Origin: a virus
Length of the DNA: 64,000 nt
IMG/VR virus record: IMGVR_UViG_3300042348_000780
Strand: one strand, 5' to 3'
Shown: piece by piece, positions 20,635-30,922 of the stretch
Position numbering within the stretch: the first letter of the stretch is position 1
Layout: each line of letters starts with the position of its first letter
Notes under the pieces: generated by a model
What the model was told of the DNA's origin: nothing
What the model saw: only the letters and a program-made list of their open reading frames with translations
Database searches by the model: none
Made by a program: the position numbers and the translations under genes

Positions 20635-22339
20635 TCAATATCAGAAAAAACCTGGTTATCTTGGAAATGCCAATCTAAAACCCATTGGTGTTAAGATTGA
20701 CTTTACAAAAGAGCAAGTAGAAGAATATGTGAAATGTGCTGGTGATCCTGTATATTTTGCTAGAAAATATGTCAAAGTAGTTACATTAGATAAAGGTATA
20801 ACAGACTTTGATCTATATGATTACCAAGAAAGACTTATTCGTACTTTAGAAAAAAATAGATTCGTTATTGGTAAACTTGCTCGGCAGGCTGGAAAAACAA
20901 CTACCGTTGGTTGTTGTTATCTTTTACATAAAGTTTTATTTAATCAAAATATGAATGTCTGTATTCTTGCAAATAAATTGAATACAGCTAGAGATATTCT
21001 TGCAAGAATTCGTGAAGCATATGAATATTTACCAAACTGGCTTCAACAAGGTATTGTTGAGTGGAATAAAGGATCTATTGTTTTAGAGAATGGTTCTAAA
21101 ATATTAGCAGCAGCAACGTCATCATCTGCTGTTCGTGGTGGAAGTTACAATATAATTTTTTTGGATGAATTTGCGTTCGTTCCAACTACAGTAGCCGAAG
21201 AATTCTTTTCATCTGTGTATCCAACAATTACTGCTGGTCAAAGTACTCAAATGATTATCATTTCAACGCCTAAAGGGTTGAATATGTATTATCAGCTATG
21301 GAAAGCTGCTATATCAAAACAAAATGAATATGTTCCATTTGAAGTTAATTGGAAAGAGATTCCACAATATCCAGGCGGTCCACTACGTGATGATGCATGG
21401 AAAGAACAGCAAATCAAAAATACTTCTGAAAGGCAATTTGATGCGGAATTTAATTGCTCATTCATAGGTTCTGCTAATACTCTTATAGATGCTAATAAAT
21501 TAAATCAATTAAGTTATGGTAAACCAAGACATAGAAATGGTGAAGGTTTATTGGTTTATGAAGATCCAATAAAAGGGACGGATGAAAAAGAAAATCCAGA
21601 TCATCAGTATTTCATAACCGTGGATGTGGCTAGAGGGCAAGGAAAAGATAACAGTGCATTCGTAGTAGTTGATATTACTACAATGCCTTATAGAGTCGTA
21701 GCTAGATTTAAAAGCAATGTAGTATCTCCATTACTTCTTCCATCTTATATACGTGCAGTTGGTAAAAAATATAATAATGCATATGTTTTAGTAGAAGTAA
21801 ATGATATTGGCTCACAGGTTGCCGACATCTTGCATAATGATTTAGAATATGAAAATTTGATTAAATCTAATTTCAAAGGAACTAAGGGTCAGACAATCAC
21901 TGAAATGGGTGGTGGTAATAGACTTCTGTTAGGAGTCAGAACAACAAATCCTGTCAAGAAGTTAGGTTGTGCGATACTCAAGAATCTTATAGAACAAGAT
22001 AAAATCGTTGTTGAGGATTCAGATACAATTGATGAATTAACAACTTTTATTGCAGATGGTGTTTCTTTCAGAGCAGATGATGGTCATACAGACGATCTTG
22101 TTATGTGTTTAGTTTTATTTTCTTGGGCAACACGTCAAGACTTTTTTGAAACATTAACAAATAAAGATATACGTGTTGAGATGTTCAATGAGGAAATAGA
22201 AAAAATAGAGGCTGAGATAGTTCCGTTTGGATTTATTGAGGACGGAAGAGGTGATATTGGTGAAGTCTTGAACAATGATGTCTGGTTTGATCGTAATGAT
22301 CGTAAAAATAATATTTCCACTCAATTCTGGGTTTTTTAG
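20627..22339 (+). CDS. gp17: Terminase large subunit gp17
   Basis: Walker A ARQAGKTT; Walker B IFLDEFAF; ISTPKG; nuclease motifs VDVARG and DDLVM. Confidence 0.97.
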   Translation: MSSQYQKKPGYLGNANLKPIGVKIDFTKEQVEEYVKCAGDPVYFARKYVKVVTLDKGITDFDLYDYQERLIRTLEKNRFVIGKLARQAGKTTTVGCCYLLHKVLFNQNMNVCILANKLNTARDILARIREAYEYLPNWLQQGIVEWNKGSIVLENGSKILAAATSSSAVRGGSYNIIFLDEFAFVPTTVAEEFFSSVYPTITAGQSTQMIIISTPKGLNMYYQLWKAAISKQNEYVPFEVNWKEIPQYPGGPLRDDAWKEQQIKNTSERQFDAEFNCSFIGSANTLIDANKLNQLSYGKPRHRNGEGLLVYEDPIKGTDEKENPDHQYFITVDVARGQGKDNSAFVVVDITTMPYRVVARFKSNVVSPLLLPSYIRAVGKKYNNAYVLVEVNDIGSQVADILHNDLEYENLIKSNFKGTKGQTITEMGGGNRLLLGVRTTNPVKKLGCAILKNLIEQDKIVVEDSDTIDELTTFIADGVSFRADDGHTDDLVMCLVLFSWATRQDFFETLTNKDIRVEMFNEEIEKIEAEIVPFGFIEDGRGDIGEVLNNDVWFDRNDRKNNISTQFWVF

Positions 22340-22384
22340 TCAAAAAAGCTAAAAAAATATATATTATTAGAATAGGAGAAAATT

Positions 22385-23572
22385 ATGAGCAGCTACCCAG
22401 GAGTAACTGTAAGAATACTTGATGAATCGTTAACAAGAAGCACATCTGAACTAAATTCACCAGCAGTTGGTGCAATGTTGGGTCAGGGTGGAACTTACTC
22501 TATGAAATTATTTTCTAAGAGTGCTACCGAGACAGCTCAAGGATATTACTACGTAGAAAATTTAAATGATTGGTTCAATAGATTAACTTATTTTTACAAT
22601 ACATATTATCCAGGATTTTCAGCAACCAATGGTACAACACTTGCTGCTAGAGATTTAGCGACCAACGGTGTAACTGGTTGGACTGATGAATGGTATCACG
22701 TTCATAACTTCTTGCAATACGGAGCACCATGTTATGTCTCATGGCAAGATTCTGGAGGTTCTGGTGATTTCTATATGCAAGATTTTGATGTAGTTTTCCA
22801 AGGTGGTACTGCCAGTACAAATCAAAGTTTTGTAAACAATGTTGTAAGTGCCAGAGCGGATGGTCCACTTCCAGTATTTGGTGTTTTAGGTGTAAATTCG
22901 AGTACTGCTCCACCAGCAGTAACTGCACCAACAGCAACATACGGTGAAAATACTTGTGCAGTTTATGGAGAAAAGAAGCACTTTAATGTCGCTGGTGATC
23001 CAACAAATCTCATAATTTCATCACTAGCTCCTGACGTAGCAGGATGTATTATAAGAACTGATAGAGATTCATTCCCGTGGTTCTCTCCAGCAGGGGCAAG
23101 AAGAGGTAGAATTAACAATGTCGCTGGACTTACAAAAGTTCTTTCAGAAGCAGATAAGGGATCTCTTTACACAAATAAAGTAAATCCAGTATTTAATGTT
23201 CCAGGAGAAGGTACACTTCTATTTGGTGATAAGTCATTGTATTCAGGCACTTCAACATTGGGATCAATAAATGTTGCAAGATTGTTTATCTATCTTAAGA
23301 GAACACTTGGTCCACTTGCAAGAGGTGTGTTATTTGAACAAAATGATGCTACTACTAGAGAAACATTTGCATCAGCAGCAGATAGTGTGCTTAGAGAAGT
23401 ACAGGCTGGTAGAGGAATTTCCGAATATAGAGTTATTTGTGATGAAACAAATAACACTGCCGAAATTATAGAGGCTAAGAATTTCGTAGCAGATATTTTA
23501 GTTAAGCCAATTCCATCAATAAACTTTGTAAGACTTACTCTTACAAATAAGGATTTAAGTTCGACCCTTTAA
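22385..23572 (+). CDS. gp18: Tail sheath protein gp18 (short, 395 aa)
   Basis: YPGV; PWFSPAG.RRG; LY.NKVNP; LFGDK; INV.RLF; FEQND; VICDETNNT; KP.PSINF. Confidence 0.9.
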   Translation: MSSYPGVTVRILDESLTRSTSELNSPAVGAMLGQGGTYSMKLFSKSATETAQGYYYVENLNDWFNRLTYFYNTYYPGFSATNGTTLAARDLATNGVTGWTDEWYHVHNFLQYGAPCYVSWQDSGGSGDFYMQDFDVVFQGGTASTNQSFVNNVVSARADGPLPVFGVLGVNSSTAPPAVTAPTATYGENTCAVYGEKKHFNVAGDPTNLIISSLAPDVAGCIIRTDRDSFPWFSPAGARRGRINNVAGLTKVLSEADKGSLYTNKVNPVFNVPGEGTLLFGDKSLYSGTSTLGSINVARLFIYLKRTLGPLARGVLFEQNDATTRETFASAADSVLREVQAGRGISEYRVICDETNNTAEIIEAKNFVADILVKPIPSINFVRLTLTNKDLSSTL

Positions 23573-23586
23573 TCTAGGAGATAATA

Positions 23587-24093
23587 ATGGGAAAGATAGA
23601 TATTTTCAGACAATCTTTTAAGGGTGTAAGAGCAAATAGATTTGAAATTTTTGGTAAAACACCAGTTAATGTTGATATTCCAGATTTTAAAATCTATGCT
23701 AAGGCAGGATCTGTGCCTGGTTCAAGTATAGGAATCATTCCAGTTGGTTTCAAAGGAAGACCTGTGAAATTCTCAGGTGAAAGAACATATACTGATTGGG
23801 CAGTACAGGTATATGATTCATCAAAAACTGACCTTCGTAAAGTTATTGAAGACTGGATCGATAAAATGGATAGTAGATCAGATCACGAAGTAAATTATGA
23901 TTACACTGCTGATTGGGAAGTTCATTATCAGGACATGACAAATACATCATCTACCCCATTATACAAACGTAAAATTAAACTGGTTCATTGTTTTCCAGTA
24001 GACATTTCACCTGTAGATTTGAGCTATGATGCACCAGATACATTCGCTGAATTCACTTTAACACTCACTTACGATTATTGGCAATATATCTAA
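23587..24093 (+). CDS. gp19: Tail tube protein gp19 (copy 1)
   Basis: RANRF; PGSSIG.I.V.F.GR.VKF.GERTY.DW; FP.DIS..DLSYD; EF.LTL.YDYW. Confidence 0.88.
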   Translation: MGKIDIFRQSFKGVRANRFEIFGKTPVNVDIPDFKIYAKAGSVPGSSIGIIPVGFKGRPVKFSGERTYTDWAVQVYDSSKTDLRKVIEDWIDKMDSRSDHEVNYDYTADWEVHYQDMTNTSSTPLYKRKIKLVHCFPVDISPVDLSYDAPDTFAEFTLTLTYDYWQYI

Positions 24094-24635
24094 TGGGTAA
24101 AATAGATGATTTTAGAAAATATTTCGTAGGAGTAAAGTCCAACAGATTTAAAGTAACTGGTGGCATTCCATCTTCATTAAGATCACAAATCAATTCAAGT
24201 GTCTTTAACCAGGCACTTGAAATTTATTGCAAAGCAACTCAATTTCCAGGTTCTAGTGTTGGTTCTATAAATCTAAATTATAGAGGTAGACCTGTGAAAT
24301 TCCCAGCAGAAAGATCAGCAGCTGATTGGGCAATACAGGTATATTCATCAGAACACCAATCAGAAGATTTAAGAACTTTTTTCCAAAGATGGATTGATTT
24401 CATCAACAGTGGTAATCATGACAAGATGAATTGGAAAGCCTATGCTGCAGAATGGGTAGTTTCCTATAACGATATGACTGCTGCTCAATCCAACTCTAAA
24501 TATAAAACTTTTTGTTCTTTAATTAACGTATTTCCTATTGATATTTCTCCAATAGAATTGACAAACGATGCCACTGATGTTTTTGCAGAATTTACTGTGA
24601 CATTGAGTTATGATTATTCTGTATTTTATCCCTAA
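24093..24635 (+). CDS. gp19: Tail tube protein gp19-like (copy 2)
   Basis: Paralog of the preceding gene (PGSSVG, RGRPVKF, FPIDISP, FAEFTVTLSYDY). TAATG coupling places the start at 24093. Confidence 0.8.
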   Translation: MGKIDDFRKYFVGVKSNRFKVTGGIPSSLRSQINSSVFNQALEIYCKATQFPGSSVGSINLNYRGRPVKFPAERSAADWAIQVYSSEHQSEDLRTFFQRWIDFINSGNHDKMNWKAYAAEWVVSYNDMTAAQSNSKYKTFCSLINVFPIDISPIELTNDATDVFAEFTVTLSYDYSVFYP

Positions 24636-24643
24636 ATAGTATT

Positions 24644-26215
24644 ATGGCTAACAATTTTTTTGGTTTTTTATTCGGAAAAAATAATAATAATGAACTATCT
24701 CCAATAACTCAAGAGGTAGGCAATCAACCATCATTTGCTGCACCAGATGATTATGACGGAACAATAACCGCAGAATCTGGTGGTTTCTTCTCTACAGTTT
24801 ATGATTTCGGTGGTTCTATACGAGATGACAATACACAATTATCTCATTATAGATCTATGTCATTGTATCCAGAAGTGGATATGGCAATTGAAGATATTAT
24901 TAATGAAACTATTGTATATGATGAAGATCATAATGCAGTTTTCTTAGATCTTTCAAACGTAGATAATTTATCTCCACAGATCAAGGATAAAATTCATAAA
25001 GAATTTAAGGGTATTCTTAAATTATTAAAATTTAATCATCAAGGTTGCGATATTTTTAGAAAATGGTATATCGATGGAAGATTATATTATCATACGATTA
25101 TTGATGTAACCAGACCAGAAAAGGGTATACAGGAACTTCGTTTAATTGATCCATTAAAGATTAAGAAGGTTCGTAAAGTAGATAAAGAAATTAAAAATAT
25201 TAATGGTATTCAGACAAATCTAATTAAGAATATCGAAGAATATTTTGTTTATACAGATCTGGATCCTGATGCAATCATGCAAACCAGTTCTTCTGGCCTT
25301 AAAATCGCATTAGATTCGATAACGTATGTTCACTCTGGTTTGATTGATTTAAATTCAAAACGTGTTATAGGCTATCTACATAAGGCTATTCGCCCTCTTA
25401 ATATGTTACGTCAAATTGAAGATGCAGTTGTCATCTACAGAATGACAAGAGCACCCGAAAGACGTATTTTTTATATTGATGTTGGTAATTTACCAAAAAA
25501 TAAAGCCGAACAATATATGCGTGAGTTAATGAATCGATATAGAAATCGATTAGTTTACGATCAAAAAACTGGTGAAGTTAAAGATGATCGTGCTCATTTA
25601 ACAATGCTTGAGGATTATTGGATTCCACGAAGAGAAGGTGGTCGTGGTACTGAAATATCTACTTTAGATGGCGGTCAAAATTTAGGCCAAATGGAAGATG
25701 TCGAATATCTTCAAAGAAAATTATATAGAGCATTGAATGTTCCCATATCAAGACTTGAAACAACAACTGGTTTTAATATGGGTAGATCCAGCGAAATAAG
25801 CCGCGATGAAGTAAAATTCTTTAAATTTATTGAAAGATTACGAGCAAAATTTGCCATGTTGTTCTTAGATCTTTTAAAGAAACAATTAATTCTTAAAGGC
25901 ATCTGTACATTAAATGATTGGGAAAAGATATACCAAGATATAAACTTCACTTTCACTAAAGATTCATATTTCACAGAATTAAAGGAAAATGAAATTCTTA
26001 GAGAAAAAGTGGATATGTTAAATATATTGGCTTCTTATGAAGGTAAATATTTCTCTTCTAAGTATATTCGTAAGCATATTTTACGACAATCCGATGAAAT
26101 GATGCGTCAAATTGATGTAGAAATATCATCAGAACAAGCACTTGCTGCACAGGCACAAGCACAACAACAAATGATGCAAGGTCCACCGCAACAAGAGGAA
26201 GAACCTAAAAAATGA
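24644..26215 (+). CDS. gp20: Portal protein gp20
   Basis: YR.M..YPEVD.AI; WYIDGR; EDAVVIYR.TRAPERRIFYIDVGNLPK.KAEQY; EDYWIPRREGGRGTEI. Confidence 0.97.
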   Translation: MANNFFGFLFGKNNNNELSPITQEVGNQPSFAAPDDYDGTITAESGGFFSTVYDFGGSIRDDNTQLSHYRSMSLYPEVDMAIEDIINETIVYDEDHNAVFLDLSNVDNLSPQIKDKIHKEFKGILKLLKFNHQGCDIFRKWYIDGRLYYHTIIDVTRPEKGIQELRLIDPLKIKKVRKVDKEIKNINGIQTNLIKNIEEYFVYTDLDPDAIMQTSSSGLKIALDSITYVHSGLIDLNSKRVIGYLHKAIRPLNMLRQIEDAVVIYRMTRAPERRIFYIDVGNLPKNKAEQYMRELMNRYRNRLVYDQKTGEVKDDRAHLTMLEDYWIPRREGGRGTEISTLDGGQNLGQMEDVEYLQRKLYRALNVPISRLETTTGFNMGRSSEISRDEVKFFKFIERLRAKFAMLFLDLLKKQLILKGICTLNDWEKIYQDINFTFTKDSYFTELKENEILREKVDMLNILASYEGKYFSSKYIRKHILRQSDEMMRQIDVEISSEQALAAQAQAQQQMMQGPPQQEEEPKK

Positions 26216-26481
26216 GATATTATTATCATGAAAAGGAAAGATTGGTTAAATTATTCAATTCATCAAAAAAGTTAAAATTGCCAGTTACAATTTATTTAAG
26301 AGATAGAAACACAATAATTTTAAATCCACCTCAAGTACAAATGATTCAATCTTTTGTGAATAGTGATAATAAAAAATTAAAAATGCTGTTATCGGATAAA
26401 AAAACCATAAATAATTTTCTTGGACATTTTACAGAAAATCTTAAAAAAATAAATAATAAAAGAACTAGGAGCAAACAATGA
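26212..26481 (+). CDS. Hypothetical small protein in the prohead module
   Basis: 89-aa ORF coupled by ATGA overlaps at both ends, lying between portal and prohead core genes. Confidence 0.6.
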   Translation: MRYYYHEKERLVKLFNSSKKLKLPVTIYLRDRNTIILNPPQVQMIQSFVNSDNKKLKMLLSDKKTINNFLGHFTENLKKINNKRTRSKQ

Positions 26482-26996
26482 ATAATTTTTCTGATCTTAT
26501 ACCCCTTATAATGGAAAATAAGTTATCACAAGCTAAAGATATATTAAATGAACGCCTTTACACTAAACTTGGTGTAATGCTTGAGCAACGTCTAGAAGAC
26601 TACGCACCAACTGTGTTCATGACACAAGAAGAGTTGGAAATTCATGAAGCTAAGAAAAAAATGGAAGAAGATGATAAAGAAGACAGTGAAGATGAAATAG
26701 ATTATGAAGACGAAGATAATGATGGTGATATTGATGAAGATGGTGATAAAGACGATAGTGATGAGTATTTAAAAAATAGATCTGAGAAAATTAAAAAAAA
26801 TACAAATGAAGAAATAGATTCTGATGATGACGATATCATTGAAGAAGAATTTATGACAGAATTGACTGCCATTGTCGAAGAAATAGAAGCAGAACTTGGT
26901 GAAGAACTAACAGAAGAAGAAATAGCCGAAATAGCAGAAGAATTACTTTCAGAAGAAGAAATTTGCGAAGACTGTGAAGAAGAAACCCAAGAATAA
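26478..26996 (+). CDS. Highly acidic prohead core protein (gp67/gp68-position analogue)
   Basis: AGGAG RBS; Glu/Asp-rich; DEDGDKDDSDEYLKNR motif; position before gp21. Confidence 0.6.
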   Translation: MNNFSDLIPLIMENKLSQAKDILNERLYTKLGVMLEQRLEDYAPTVFMTQEELEIHEAKKKMEEDDKEDSEDEIDYEDEDNDGDIDEDGDKDDSDEYLKNRSEKIKKNTNEEIDSDDDDIIEEEFMTELTAIVEEIEAELGEELTEEEIAEIAEELLSEEEICEDCEEETQE

Positions 26997-27004
26997 GGAA
27001 TTCC

Positions 27005-27646
27005 ATGAAGTTAATCACAGAAACAATTGAAAACGTAAAAACTCTTGTAGAGTCTACCGACAATGGTAAAAATTATTATATTGAAGGTATTATGATGCAA
27101 GGTGAAACTGTGAATCGTAATGGAAGAAAATATAGCATTAATATTCTTGAAAACGAGTGTGGCCGTTATGTCAAGGAATACGTTGATAAAAAACGTGCTC
27201 TAGGTGAATTAAATCACCCATCTGGTCCATCTGTAAATCTAGATCGTGTCTCACACATGATTGTAGAATTAAATCAAGAAGGTAATAATTTCATCGGTAA
27301 AGCTAAAATATTAGATACACCGATGGGTAAAATTGTTAAATCATTGATTGATGAAGGTGCTTTATTGGGTGTTTCTTCAAGAGGTATGGGAACATTAAAA
27401 AGAGTAAACGAAATTAATGAAGTTCAATCAGACTTTACTTTAAGTGCTATTGATATTGTTGCTGATCCATCAGCTCCAGATGCCTTTGTAAATGGTATTC
27501 TGGAAGGAAAAGAGTGGGTATGGCACAATGGATTACTTAGAGAAAAAGAATTGTCTGAAATGAAAAAACAATTGCAAAAGACCAGTAAAAAAGATATGGA
27601 AAAAAAAGCCATAAAAATGTTTGAAAACTTTTTGAGGAAGTTATGA
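27005..27646 (+). CDS. gp21: Prohead protease gp21
   Basis: MKLITE; NRNGR.Y; ALGELNHP; LDRVSH; TPMG; GVSSRG.G; DIVADPSAPDAFV.GI.E. Confidence 0.96.
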   Translation: MKLITETIENVKTLVESTDNGKNYYIEGIMMQGETVNRNGRKYSINILENECGRYVKEYVDKKRALGELNHPSGPSVNLDRVSHMIVELNQEGNNFIGKAKILDTPMGKIVKSLIDEGALLGVSSRGMGTLKRVNEINEVQSDFTLSAIDIVADPSAPDAFVNGILEGKEWVWHNGLLREKELSEMKKQLQKTSKKDMEKKAIKMFENFLRKL

Positions 27647-28401
27647 AAAACGAAACAAATATTTCATCAAGCATATCTTGCAGAAATGCAAGATATGCTA
27701 TTTACTGTAAAGTTCATAATGATTTAAAAGAAAATAATAGTATAAAACAAATCAATGAAAAATTCTTTAGTGGTGGTACTCCACTATTTCAGAAATTAGG
27801 TAGTAGATTAGCACTTGCTGCCAGAAAAGGATTGAGAACTGTTAGGGGTCCAATAACAACTGGTCAATATAGTCAAAAAATGGGTGCATTGCCTGTACAA
27901 AAACCATCTATTATGGCGGCTGCTTTACCTAAACTCGCCACAATGGGATTAAGAGCTGCTATATCTAGTGGTTTAAATTTTCCAACCGCACGTGGTAATG
28001 TAACTAATCCTTTAAAGGGAGTAACAAACTTAGGTAGTGTTTTGAGAGCTGGCAGAGCTGTATCAAATGCTTTTAGAACAAATCAACCTCAAGAACCACA
28101 AACATCTACATCTCCAGTAACAGCTAGATCTGGTCCAAAACCATTAATGACTGCTGCTCAATTAGCATCACAGATAAGATCAACACAACAAGAATTAGCG
28201 AGAAGATCTACTCAAGAAATAGATTTATTACCAAGATCATCTAGAATAAGTCGTATTGCTGCATTGAGAGCAACAGAACAAAGATTAAAAGATCTTCAAG
28301 CACAAAATACAGGTATATTGGGATTTAAATATGATGAGGATGATGTATATCCCAAACCAAATTTATACAAACCACCAAATAATCCAGACCCTACGAATTA
28401 G
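27643..28401 (+). CDS. Basic Ala/Arg-rich hypothetical protein, candidate internal head protein
   Basis: 252-aa ORF coupled to gp21. Very few acidic residues over the ~150 residues after KQINE. Lies between gp21 and gp22. Confidence 0.55.
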   Translation: MKNETNISSSISCRNARYAIYCKVHNDLKENNSIKQINEKFFSGGTPLFQKLGSRLALAARKGLRTVRGPITTGQYSQKMGALPVQKPSIMAAALPKLATMGLRAAISSGLNFPTARGNVTNPLKGVTNLGSVLRAGRAVSNAFRTNQPQEPQTSTSPVTARSGPKPLMTAAQLASQIRSTQQELARRSTQEIDLLPRSSRISRIAALRATEQRLKDLQAQNTGILGFKYDEDDVYPKPNLYKPPNNPDPTN

Positions 28402-28444
28402 TCCAACAATAGACGTTACATATCGTTATGTAAATAATAAAAAA

Positions 28445-28452
28445 TATAAATA
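28445..28452 (+). promoter_or_regulatory. Late promoter TATAAATA upstream of gp22
   Basis: Exact consensus in the intergenic gap, followed by a GGAGA RBS. Confidence 0.75.
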
Positions 28453-28473
28453 ATATTACTTACGGAGAAAATT

Positions 28474-29409
28474 ATGAATCAAGGTCAAGATGTACAAGAT
28501 GCAACAGGAAAGGGAACTTTCGCCTCGAATGGCGTAACTCCTATGTTTGCTAAACCAATTGCAAAAGACGGTTTAGCAAAAGCAAACATGGCTTCACTTT
28601 CACCTCAAGGTGGTGCAGCACCAAAGCAAAACACCACAGAAGAACCAGAAGATGATATGGAAGAAACCAAAGAATCAGTACAATTAGATATTACTGATTA
28701 TGTTGATGCACTTTTTGAAGGACAAGATCTTTCAGATGAATTCAAAGCAAAGGCTGCAACCTTGTTTGAAGCTGCTTTGAATGAAAAAGTAGCAATCATC
28801 GAACAAGCAATTTTACAAGCATCACAAGAAGTAATTGAGGAAGAAGTATCCGCAGTAGCATCTACTCTCACTGAGCAAGTAGACGGTTATCTTGGATATG
28901 TTCTCAATGAATGGATGGAAGAAAATCGTCTTCAAGTCGAGCAAGGTTTCCGTACCGAGATTGCCGAAAACTTTATCCAAGGACTCAAAGAGTTGTTTGA
29001 AAATAACTATATTGAAGTTCCAGAAGAAAAGGTCGATCTCGTTGATGAATTATTTGCCGAGAATCGTCAACTTGAAGAAAATCTTAATCAACTCATGAAA
29101 CAGCACATGGAATTACAAGAGAAAAATATTGTAAATGAATGTGCTAATGTTTTCATGGAACTTTCATCAGATCTTGCAGATACAGAAGTTGAAAAACTTG
29201 CTTCACTCTGCGAGTCTATTGAATTCAATTCAGTTGATCAATACAAAGAAAAAGTAAAAATACTCAAAGAGTCATATTTTAATGGTAAGTCACCTGAAGC
29301 AGAAAGCCTCACCGAAGAAACTACTACTTCATCTAAACCATTTATCAATGAAGATATGAATGTTTATGTCAATTCAATCAGTAAGCATCTCAAAGCCATA
29401 AAAGGTTAA
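28474..29409 (+). CDS. gp22: Prohead core scaffold protein gp22
   Basis: LSDEFKAKAATLFEAA; VDGYL.YV..EW.EEN; ENFI.GLK.LF..NYIEVPEEK.D; LKESYF. Confidence 0.93.
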   Translation: MNQGQDVQDATGKGTFASNGVTPMFAKPIAKDGLAKANMASLSPQGGAAPKQNTTEEPEDDMEETKESVQLDITDYVDALFEGQDLSDEFKAKAATLFEAALNEKVAIIEQAILQASQEVIEEEVSAVASTLTEQVDGYLGYVLNEWMEENRLQVEQGFRTEIAENFIQGLKELFENNYIEVPEEKVDLVDELFAENRQLEENLNQLMKQHMELQEKNIVNECANVFMELSSDLADTEVEKLASLCESIEFNSVDQYKEKVKILKESYFNGKSPEAESLTEETTTSSKPFINEDMNVYVNSISKHLKAIKG

Positions 29410-29438
29410 TTTAACAAAAAGAAAATAGGAGAAATAAA

Positions 29439-30866
29439 ATGGATTTTAATGGAATAACCCCTTATGACCAACTTCTTGAGAAGTGGTCCCCAATCATTGA
29501 TCACCCAGAATTAGACAAGATCAATGACATTCAACGTCGTCGTAATACCGCAGTTCTTCTTGAGAATCAAAAGAAGGCACTCAGAGAAGGTGCAAGTGAT
29601 TTCCTCACAGAAGCACCTGTAAATGCTATGGGTGGCAATTTTGCCAATAATCAAGTAGCTCAAGGTGGCGCATCAACATCAGCTCTCGCTGGTTATGATC
29701 CAATCCTAATCAGCCTTGTTCGTCGTGCAATGCCTAACGTCGTTGCTTATGATGTAGCAAGCGTTCAACCAATGTCAGCACCAACTGGTCTTATCTTTGC
29801 ATTCCGTTCAAGATACGACAATCAAGCTGGTCTTGAGGCAATGTATGATGAACCAATCGCATCCTTCGCTGGTGCTCTTGGATCAACTGGTGTTGGTGCT
29901 GGTGCTACTGGCTTTACTTATACCAACCCATTTGGTCTAGGTGCTTCATCTGGTAGCTGGAATGCTTCACCAGATCGTAAAGATTTGTTTAATTCATTCC
30001 GTGGTTTCCTTACACAAAATGCAGAATCACTCGGTGAAGCTGGCAACCCATTCAAGGAAATGTCATTCAGCATTGAACGTGTCGCAGTACAAGCTCGTAC
30101 ACGCGCACTCAAGGCAGAATACACAACTGAACTTGCACAAGATCTCAAGGCTGTTCACGGTCTTGATGCTGAGGCGGAACTCGCAAATATTCTTTCAACT
30201 GAAATCTTGAACGAAATCAACCGCGAAATTCTCCGTGCAGTTTACACCATTGCCAAGACAGGTTCACAACAAAGAGATCTTTCATACTCTGGTTCATACG
30301 ATCTCTCAACAGATTCTGACGGTCGTTGGTCAGCTGAAAGATATCGTGGCCTCATGTTCCAAATCGAACGTGAAGCAAACGTCATTGCGAAAGAAACTCG
30401 TAGAGGCAAGGGTAACTTCATTCTTTGCAGCGCAGATGTTGCTTCTGCTCTCGCAATGGGTGGATTCCTTAATCTCTCACCAGCACTCAACGTCAATATG
30501 AATGTTGATGATACTGGTAACGTCTTCGCAGGCGTTCTCAACGGCAAGTACAAGGTCTTCATCGATCCATTCGTTCCTGCTGGTGTTGACTTCTTCATGG
30601 TTGGTTATAAGGGTCAATCCCCATATGACGCTGGTATGTTCTACTGCCCATACGTTCCGCTACAAATGGTACGTGCAGTCGGTCAAGATACCTTCCAACC
30701 CAAGATTGGCTTCAAGACTCGTTACGGCATGGTCGCAAATCCATTCGCCAAGGGTCGTGATGTAATCAGCGCAAACGCTGAAGGTTTGGATGCTAATAGC
30801 AACGTCTATTACAGACTTACTCGCGTAGTCAATCTCCATGGTCTTGATTCAGGCTTCAATACCTGA
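29439..30866 (+). CDS. gp23: Major capsid protein gp23
   Basis: KW.PI; DPILISLVRRAMP; VQPM..PTGLIFA; RALKAEYT.ELAQDLKAVHGLDAE.EL; FQPKIGFKTRYG; strong high-expression codon bias. Confidence 0.98.
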   Translation: MDFNGITPYDQLLEKWSPIIDHPELDKINDIQRRRNTAVLLENQKKALREGASDFLTEAPVNAMGGNFANNQVAQGGASTSALAGYDPILISLVRRAMPNVVAYDVASVQPMSAPTGLIFAFRSRYDNQAGLEAMYDEPIASFAGALGSTGVGAGATGFTYTNPFGLGASSGSWNASPDRKDLFNSFRGFLTQNAESLGEAGNPFKEMSFSIERVAVQARTRALKAEYTTELAQDLKAVHGLDAEAELANILSTEILNEINREILRAVYTIAKTGSQQRDLSYSGSYDLSTDSDGRWSAERYRGLMFQIEREANVIAKETRRGKGNFILCSADVASALAMGGFLNLSPALNVNMNVDDTGNVFAGVLNGKYKVFIDPFVPAGVDFFMVGYKGQSPYDAGMFYCPYVPLQMVRAVGQDTFQPKIGFKTRYGMVANPFAKGRDVISANAEGLDANSNVYYRLTRVVNLHGLDSGFNT

Positions 30867-30889
30867 TAATAACCCGTAAGGTTTATAAG

Positions 30890-30917
30890 GAAAAGGGTGG
30901 CGAAAGCCACCCTTTTT
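30890..30917 (+). terminator. Rho-independent terminator after gp23
   Basis: aaaagggtggc-GAAA-gccaccctttt stem-loop followed by a T tract. Confidence 0.9.
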
Positions 30918-30922
30918 CATTG

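Noticed and set aside
22358-22365. TATATATT upstream of gp18 as a late promoter
   Set aside because: Two mismatches to consensus in an AT-rich gap; plausible by position but not supportable from sequence alone.
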